In this document: one piece after another, positions 54,901-62,482 of the stretch
How the letters are laid out: each line of letters starts with the position of its first letter
Numbering within the stretch: the stretch's first letter is position 1
NCBI RefSeq assembly: GCF_006345805.1
Contig: NC_043005.1
Coordinates: 93,310,001 to 93,374,000 of the forward strand
Origin: Octopus sinensis
Lineage: Eukaryota
Reading direction: 5' to 3'
Length of the DNA: 64,000 nucleotides
Translations under genes and position numbers: made by a program
Notes under the pieces: model-generated
Databases searched by the model: none
Seen by the model: only the letters and a program-made list of their open reading frames with translations
Told to the model about the DNA's origin: nothing

Positions 54901-56596
54901 AGCCAAGAATATACATGATGTTTCATGAATAAGATGAAGGGCTGAAACATAAGCCAAGTATATACATGATGTTTCATGAATAAGCAGAAGGGCTGAAACA
55001 TAAGCCAAGAATATACATGATGTTTCATGATTAAGCAGAAGGGCTGAAACTAAGCCAAGAATAACATGATGTTTCATGAATAAGAGAAGGGCTGAAACAT
55101 AAGCCAAGAATATACATGATGTTTCATGAATAAGCAGAAGGGCTGAAACATAAGCCAAGAATATACATGATGTTTCATGAATAAGCAGAAGGGCTGAAAC
55201 ATAAGCCAAGAATATACATGATGTTTCATGAATAAGATGAAGGGCTGAAACATAAGCCAAGAATATACATGATGTTTCATGAATAAGCAGAAGGGCTGAA
55301 ACATAAGCCAAGAATATACATGATGTTTCATGAATAAGATGAAGGGCTGAAACATAAGCCAAGAATATACATGATGTTTCATGAATAAGCAGAAGGGCTG
55401 AAACATAAGCCAAGAATATACATGATGTTTCATGAATAGCAGAAGGGCTGAAACGTAAGTCATATATACATGATGTTCATGAATAAGCAGAAGGGCTGAA
55501 ACATAGCCAAGAATATACATGATGTTTCATGAATAAGCAGAGGGCTGAAACATAAGCCAGAATATACATGATGTTTCATGAATAAGCAGAAGGCTGAAAC
55601 ATTCCATGAATAAGCACGAGGGATAAAACGTAAGCCAAGAATATCCATGATGTTTCATGAATAACCAGAAGGGCTGAAACGTAAGCCAAGAATGTCTCAT
55701 GAATAAGCACGAGGGATAAAACGTAAGCCAAGAATATCCATGATGTTTCATGAATAACCAGAAGGGCTGAAACGTAAGCCAAGAATATCCATGATGTTTC
55801 ATGAAGAAGCAGAAGGGCTGAAACGTAAGCCAAGAATATACATGATGTTTCATGAAGTAGCAGAAGGGCTGAAACGTAAGCCAAGAATATCCATGATGTT
55901 TCATGTATAACCAGAAGGGCTGAAACGTAAGCCAAGAATATACATGATGTTTCATGAAGAAGCAGAAGGGCTGAAACGTAAGCCTAGAATGTACATGATG
56001 TCTCATGAATAAGCACGAGGGATAAAACGTAAGCCAAGAATATCCATGATGTTTCATGAATAACCAGAATGGCTGAAACGTAAGCCAAGAATATCCATGA
56101 TGTTTCATGAAGAAGCAGAAGGGCTGAAACGTAAGCCAAGAATATACATGATGTTTCATGAAGTAGCAGAAGGGCTGAAACGTAAGCCAAGAATATCCAT
56201 GATGTTTCATGTATAACCAGAAGGGCTGAAACGTAAGCCAAGAATATACATGATGTTTCATGTAGAAGCAGAAGGGCTGAAACGTAAGCCAAGAATATCC
56301 ATGATGTTTCATGAAGAAGCAGAAGGGCTGAAACGTAAGCCAAGAATATACATGATGTTTCATGAAGTAGCAGAAGGGCTGAAACGTAAGCCAAGAATAT
56401 CCATGATGTTTCATGTATAACCAGAAGGGCTGAAACGTAAGCCAAGAATATACATGATGTTTCATGAAGAAGCAGAAGGGCTGAAACGTAAGCCAAGAAT
56501 ATCCATGATATTTCATGAAGAAGCAGAAGGGCTGAAACGTAAGCCAAGAATATACATGATGTTTCATGAATAAGATGAAGGGCTGAAACGTAAGCC
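9947..56596. repeat. 51-bp tandem satellite, ~915 monomers, with higher-order repeats
   Basis: Consensus TTCATGAA[G/T]AAGCAGAAGGGCTGAAACGTAAGCCAAGAATATACATGATGT repeated head-to-tail in one orientation; no inserted element was seen; 17-aa periodicity in the ORF track. Confidence 0.99.
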
Positions 56597-56692
56597 CTTT
56601 CTAAATGGGTAATGTAACTTTGAATTTAGGTCGAAGGTAATATCTAGGAAATTAACTATCTTAGTTTTAGTTTCATATGTACTGCCTAGAAA
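56597..56692 (-). pseudogene. Penelope-like reverse transcriptase fragment (inverted)
   Basis: Minus strand encodes TKTKIVNFLDITFDLNSKLHYPFRK, matching the PLE RT C-terminal pattern VNFLDxTxDL..Y.P(Y/F)RK; recognised from family knowledge. Confidence 0.7.
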
Positions 56693-56696
56693 TTTC

Positions 56697-56965
56697 AATA
56701 ATAATAATAATAATGGTAATATTAAATATATTATCAATAATGATGATAGCAACAACAACAACAATAATAATAATGATAATAATAATAATAATAATAACAA
56801 CGTTGATATAAATAATGATAATAACAATACCAATAATACAGATAGTATAAGTAAAATTATGGTAGGTGGGAATGATGGTGAAGATGGATTGATAAATAGT
56901 AACCCTAATTTAGATATCAACATGATCACTAATAATGAAAATAATACTAATAATAATTTTAATAT
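56697..56965 (+). repeat. (AAT)n/(AAC)n/(GAT)n tract, probably an Asn-rich linker
   Basis: Trinucleotide repeats directly upstream of the Cys motif. Confidence 0.8.
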
Positions 56966-57028
56966 CAGTAATGTTCGGGAACTATCCTTAAATAATTCCA
57001 AAACTGAATACTATCCCCCGCCCCCCGT

Positions 57029-57452
57029 TGTAATTGTAGGATTAGATCAAAATGTCCGGTATCTGGTCGTTGTTCGGTCCAAAACGTAACTTAAAAAATG
57101 CACGATAATAACTTCTAACATTAGCTTTCTTTATTTCGGATGTTCGGTGGATTTAAAAAAACGTCTTAACAATCATTTTTCCTCTTTTAGACTAAAACAT
57201 AAGGCAGGTTGCACAACACTATCTAGCAAAATTTGGGAACTAAAAACAAATAATATAGGATTCAACCTAAAATGGGATATAGTTAGAAGGGCGAAACCTT
57301 ATAGAAATTATAGGGAAGGTTGCCAACTTTGTTCTATGGAAACTTATGAAATTTTGAAACATCAGAGTAATATAAATCTGTTGAATAATCGTCTGGAGTT
57401 GGGACAATCTTGCATACATTCCACAACTCGAACGTTTAAATACTTTAAATGA
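57029..57452 (+). pseudogene. Penelope GIY-YIG endonuclease domain, disrupted
   Basis: CNCRIRSKCPVSGRCSVQNVT from 57029, stop/frameshift in the A-run at ~57093-57098, then KCTII..FLYFGCSVDLKKRLNNHFSSFR..LSSKIWELK..KWDIV..AKPY..CQLC..E..LLNNR.EL..SCIH. Confidence 0.82.
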
Positions 57453-57762
57453 AAATTATGAGTATTCCTATATTTTTCAAATTTTAACTTTTTATTATAA
57501 TAATAATAAGAAATATACTATACTAGCCTTCAACTTAACTTTCATAGAGGACTAAAAATCTTCACTGTAAACTTGAAATTGAATTTTTTTGTAAATCTAA
57601 TCTAGTCTTAAAGTTAATAAAGCTATCCCCCAATTATAAAATACTATGCCTTCTCATAAGTGATAGTTTTTTCCCTACTCTTTGTAAAGGAGATTAATGA
57701 CCTTTTGACACTGACCTAGTTTCTTCTCACCAAATAGCAGTAATTGGCATCTTGTTAGTGGC

Positions 57763-57875
57763 AACTTGAATTCCTTTTATGGTATTCTGAAACTTCCCTT
57801 ACCCTCATTCCTACAACTAACTTGAATTCCTTTTATGATATTCTGTAACCTCCCTTACCCTCATTCATGCAACTA
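57763..57875. repeat. 56-bp tandem duplication (2 copies) in the PLE 3' UTR
   Basis: AACTTGAATTCCTTTTATG[G/A]TATTCTG[A/T]AAC[T/C]TCCCTTACCCTCATTC.. starts at 57763 and 57819. Confidence 0.92.
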
Positions 57876-58059
57876 AAAAAATCTTTTATTACTTCTAATT
57901 CTTGTAGCAGTTAAACACAACCATAGTTTGGTCAGTTAGTGGGTGGACTTCACAACCTAATGTTCTTAAAATTTAAATCTACATCTTTATCTGTATATCT
58001 ACCTTCTCTAAAATGTTACTACTTGATTTGGAAGCTTTTGTATTACTGGAAAACCTATA

Positions 58060-58152
58060 TAATTGGCTGAAGAGCACTCAACATCTTAAATCTGCTGTAA
58101 TACTTACAACTTTTAATAGAATGTTGTAGTGTGAAACAAATGTACCAAATTA
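58060..58152 (+). ncRNA. type I hammerhead ribozyme (Penelope-associated)
   Basis: Helix I TAATTGG/CCAA(A)TTA; core CTGAAGA (58067-73); helix II GCACTCAACAT/ATGTTG(T)AGTGT; GAAA (58133-36); helix III AC-AAAT-GT; cleavage triplet GUA (58142-44). Confidence 0.82.
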
Positions 58153-58184
58153 CCGGAGTCATTCTTGTTGCTTATATATATATA

Positions 58185-58578
58185 CTAGCAGTATCGCCCG
58201 GCGTTGCTCGGGTTGTAAGGGAAATAACTATATAAGCATTTTTAGAGAGTTATAGCCAAAAAATTGCAAAAAAATGCATTAAAAATTGAAAAAAAATTAA
58301 GGTAAATTTTTTTTTAAATCGTTGACACATCGTAGATATTTTTAGAGAGTTACTTCCCTTATATAAAAGCGGAAAAAATGCATTAAAATGGAAAAAATAT
58401 GATGGTAATTTTTTTTAAAATCGTAGACTCATCGTAGACGCGCTAATATTCAGACGGGCTCGATATGAATCACGACTATAAGATACCCGCTTTTGGTTAA
58501 ACTGCACCGCAAAATGTGGGAGTAGTTACGAATCTAAATCAAAGGGGACAGACACACAACTTCACTCTTATATAAAGA
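58185..58578 (-). mobile_element. non-autonomous Helitron, family A
   Basis: On the minus strand: A|TC 5' end, 3' GC-rich hairpin CCCGAGCAACGCCGGG about 10 nt before CTAG|T; homologous to 60649-61284. Confidence 0.85.
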
Positions 58579-58594
58579 TGCTTTTTTTTTTCAG

Positions 58595-59359
58595 TCATAG
58601 AGTTAGATTTATGAAGGTCTTCAGTAGAAAATCCTTCGAATTCTGACTCGCTGCTTGATATAATGAAATTCGTATCCATTTTTTGTCAGAATTACAAATT
58701 TTGAAAACACAATAGGAACAAATTTCGGAAAAAAATCTCCCATAATTCACGGAATTAAAATTACACTTCGATTTTTGTACAAAACTGTATTTGAAGTGTT
58801 TACGAAGTATAATACGTGTTTTCACGAATGTACTAAAGAGATTTACTCTGATATTCTCATTTAAATATGAATAGGTAAATTCGGGCGGTTTGGTAACGAA
58901 AGGGTTTATATAAGTGTCGTCTGTTTATACATAAACACTGTTTCATACTTTCAGTTTAGTCTTCCTCAAATCACTCTGTCGCTAATTTACTCTCTTCCAA
59001 GAACATTTTCACTCACTCTTATCTGTTAGCTTCCCATACATTTTACTCATGTATCTATCAGCGTGATAGACAGAAACAAATATTACATCTAGTTTCACTT
59101 TATTCGTTGTACACTGTGTGTGTGCGTTTGCGTGTGGTGTAAACCAGACTAAGAAAAGCATTTGACATACACACCAGAATGTGAGTTTTCTGTAAATTTT
59201 GCTTAATTGGAGTTTAAATTTTAAAAACTGGACCTGGCATGACGCGATGCATTGTACTCTTAAAAATGCTAGGTAAATTGTAATTGAAGAAATCCTATAT
59301 TGTAGATTTCTATAACTCCCAAAGGGAGGCAGATAAAATCTGCCTTTTATAATAAGAGA
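58595..59359 (-). mobile_element. putative Helitron-like repeat, family B (5' part); left arm of an inverted repeat
   Basis: Begins A|TCTCTTATTATAAAAG in a (TA)n site; near-identical inverted copy at 59423-59855. No CTRR 3' end seen; the left boundary is a guess (homology to the right arm reaches ~58945). Confidence 0.55.
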
Positions 59360-59422
59360 TATATATATATCTCTTATTATAAAAGGCAGATAGACAGACA
59401 GATAGACAGATATATATATATA

Positions 59423-59855
59423 TCTCTTATTATAAAAGGCAGATTTTATCTGCCTCCCTTTGGGAGTTATAGAAATCTACAATATAGGATTTCTTCAATT
59501 ACAATTTACCTAGCATTTTTAAGAGTACAATGCATCGCGTCATGCCAGGTCCAGTTTTTAAAATTTAAACTCCAATTAAGCAAAATTTACAGAAAACTCA
59601 CATTCTGGTGTGTGTGTCAAATGCTTTTCTTAGTCTGGTTTACACCACACGCAAACGCACACACACAGTGTGCAACGAATAAAATGAAAGTAAATAGCGA
59701 CAGAGTGATTTGAGGAAGACTAAACTGAAAGTATTCTGTCTATGACGCTGATAGATACATGAGTAAAATGTATGGGAAGCTAAGAGCTAAGAGTGAGTGA
59801 AAATGTTCTTGGAAGAGAGTAAATAGCGAGAGAGAGAGTGATTTGAGGAAGACTT
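59423..59855 (+). mobile_element. family B copy; right arm of the inverted repeat, distal part rearranged
   Basis: 59423-59690 is the near-perfect reverse complement of ~59095-59359; further blocks match 58945-59075, with one block duplicated. Confidence 0.65.
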
Positions 59856-59898
59856 TACATTAAATAACCGTAGTGGCTTGTGTTAGTAATAAAGTAAA

Positions 59899-60210
59899 CA
59901 TACACTCATACATACATACATACATACATACATACATACATACATACATACATACATACACACACACATACATACACACACACACACATACATACATACA
60001 CACATACATACATACATACATACATATACATACATACATATACATACATACATACACACACACACATACACACACACAGTATTGAAGCTTGAGAACAATC
60101 AGATACATTTGCAACACATCTGTTGAAAATATTATTGTTCACACACATACATATACATATATACATACAGACAGATAGACAGATAGACACACACACACAC
60201 ACACACACAC
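59899..60210. repeat. (CATA)n/(CA)n/(GATA)n microsatellites
   Basis: Seen directly, with a short unique interruption. Confidence 0.9.
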
Positions 60211-60213
60211 ATC

Positions 60214-60262
60214 ATCCAGCATGGCCACAACCTCAAGGCTGAAACATATAAAAGAATAACAG
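60214..60262 (+). mobile_element. orphan SINE/LINE 3' tail
   Basis: TCCAGCATGGCCACAACCTCAAGGCTGAAACA resembles the LINE 3' end CCCAGCATGGCCGCGGCCTTCGGGCTAAAACA. Confidence 0.6.
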
Positions 60263-60267
60263 AATAT

Positions 60268-60630
60268 AAATGTGTGCAAAGTACAAGAAATATTAATGCA
60301 GTATATGGGGATTGGACAATAAGCGTAAGGCAGTGTCAATGGTGGTTCCAGAAATCCCGAGCCATAAACTACAGCCTAGAAGACGAGCCTCATCCTGAAA
60401 GATCTGTAGAACTCGACAAGGACATCCTGAAAGCCCTGGTGGAACAAAATCTCATCGTAACTGTTGAGGAACTAGCAGAGAAGCTTGGATTTGGTCATTC
60501 AACCATTCATTGAGACCTGTGTGCTATCGGAAAAGTCAGCAAATTGGGTCAATGGGTTCCTCACGAACTTTCCGAGTCTAATTGCATGCAGAGAGTGAAT
60601 GTATGCTTTTCTTTGCTGTCACATCTCACC
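60268..60630 (+). pseudogene. mariner transposase N-terminal fragment
   Basis: RNINAVYG..ISVRQCQWWFQK..SLEDEP..TVEELAEKLG..HSTIH*, continuing in frame to GKVSKLGQWVPHEL (WVPHEL at 60553-60570); in-frame stop; no DD34D domain. Confidence 0.88.
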
Positions 60631-60648
60631 ACTGCTGCGCTATGTATA

Positions 60649-61284
60649 TCTATATATATAAAACTGTAGTTGTGTGAGTGTCTGTCCCCTTCGATTTAGA
60701 TTCCTAACTACTCCCACATTTTGAGGTGCAGTTTAACCAAATTCGGGTAGCTTATAGTCGTGGTTCATATCGAGCCCGTCTGAATATTAGCGCGCGTCTA
60801 CGATGAGTCTACGATTTTAAAAATAATTTAACATCATTTTTTATTCCATTTTAATGCATAATTTTTCGTGTGTCGATGGCGGCGGAGTTGGCGTCCACGC
60901 TCACACCTGCACCTGTGGGGAAGGGAGTGTAAGGAAATCAACGTCGTAATGCGTTGTCAAGGAGACCAGTGTTCTTTTAGAACAACGACTTCATGGCTTG
61001 AAGACACCAAAACAGAAATGGCTAAGAAAGCGTCTACATGAGTCTACGATTTAAAAAAAAATTTACCATCGTTTTTTTCCATTTTAATGCATTTTTTCGC
61101 TATTATATAAGGGAAGTAACTCTCTAAAAATGTCTACGATGAGTCAACGATTTTTCAAAAAATTTACCATCATATTTTTTCCATTTTTAATGCATTTTTT
61201 GCTATTTTTTGGCTATAACTCTCTAAAAATGCTTATATAGTTATTTCCCTTACAAACCCGAGCAACGCCGGGCGATACTGCTAG
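60649..61284 (+). mobile_element. non-autonomous Helitron, family A (longer copy)
   Basis: A|TCTATATATATAAAA 5' end; 3' CCCGAGCAACGCCGGG hairpin + CTAG|T; three internal subrepeats GTCTACGATGAGTC[T/A]ACGATTT..CCATTTTAATGCAT. Confidence 0.87.
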
Positions 61285-61946
61285 TATATATATATATATA
61301 TTATATATATATATATTGTATATATATATATAATATGTATGTATATATATATATGTATTGTATATATATATATATAATGTATATATATATTATATATATT
61401 ATGTATATATGTATATAATATATATATATATATAGTATATATATATGTATATATATATGTATATATATATATGTATTATATATATGTATATATGTATATA
61501 TATATATATGTATATATGTATATATATATTTATATATATATATATGTATATATATATTATATGTATATATATATATATTATGTATATATATATATGTATA
61601 TATATATGTATATATATATATATATGTATTATATATATATGTATATTATATATATATATGTATATATATATATGTATATATATATGTATTATATATATAT
61701 ATGTATATATATGTATATATATATTATATATATATTATATATATATATGTGTATATATATATATATATATTGTATATATATGTATATATATGTTATATAT
61801 ATATGTGTATATATATATATATATATATTGTATATATATGTATATATATGTATATATATGTATATATATATATATATATATGTATTATATATATATGTAT
61901 ATAATATATGTATATACATATATATATGTATATACATATATATATG

Positions 61947-61977
<31 letters not shown>

Positions 61978-61982
61978 GTATA

Positions 61983-62027
<45 letters not shown>

Positions 62028-62028
62028 G

Positions 62029-62059
<31 letters not shown>

Positions 62060-62071
62060 TATATATATATG

Positions 62072-62104
<33 letters not shown>

Positions 62105-62156
62105 GTATATATATTATGTATATACATATATATATGTATATATACATATATATATG

Positions 62157-62196
<40 letters not shown>

Positions 62197-62240
62197 TAAT
62201 GTATATATATATAGTATATATATATATGTATATATATATG

Positions 62241-62271
<31 letters not shown>

Positions 62272-62304
62272 GTATATATATATATGTATATACATATATA
62301 TATG

Positions 62305-62369
<65 letters not shown>

Positions 62370-62482
62370 ATATATGTGTGTGTGTATATATATGTATGTA
62401 TATATATATATGTGTATATATATGTATGTATATATATATATGTGTATATATACATATATGTATATATATATATTTATATATA
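61285..62482. repeat. ~1.2-kb degenerate (TA)n/(TATATG)n microsatellite
   Basis: Seen directly. Confidence 0.97.

Larger units (their letters stand above)
56697..58180 (+). mobile_element. 3' portion of a Penelope-like element (Asn-rich linker, GIY-YIG endonuclease, 3' UTR with hammerhead)
   Basis: Sub-features occur in the order expected for a PLE; ends in (TA)n. Confidence 0.8.

Noticed and set aside
9806-56567. Hundreds of ORFs (MKHHVYSWLTFQPFCFF.., MMFHEEAEGLKRKPRIY..) as genes
   Set aside because: By-products of a 51-bp (3x17) unit; several frames are open at once, stops and frameshifts recur, and no unique termini or known domain are present.
9947-56596. CRISPR array
   Set aside because: Units are contiguous with no unique spacers, there are no cas genes, and the context is eukaryotic.
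9947-56596. Tandem C2H2 zinc-finger gene array
   Set aside because: Period is 17 aa rather than 28 aa, with no CxxC..HxxxH pattern or TGEKP linker.
56564-57001. 145-aa Leu-rich membrane protein ORF
   Set aside because: Antisense of the (AAT)n tract fused to a short PLE RT fragment and satellite sequence.
58945-59855. Single TIR DNA transposon or MITE
   Set aside because: Identity is highest at the inner ends, the outer ends are ragged with no TSD, and the arms begin with A|TC in (TA)n; two inverted copies fit better.
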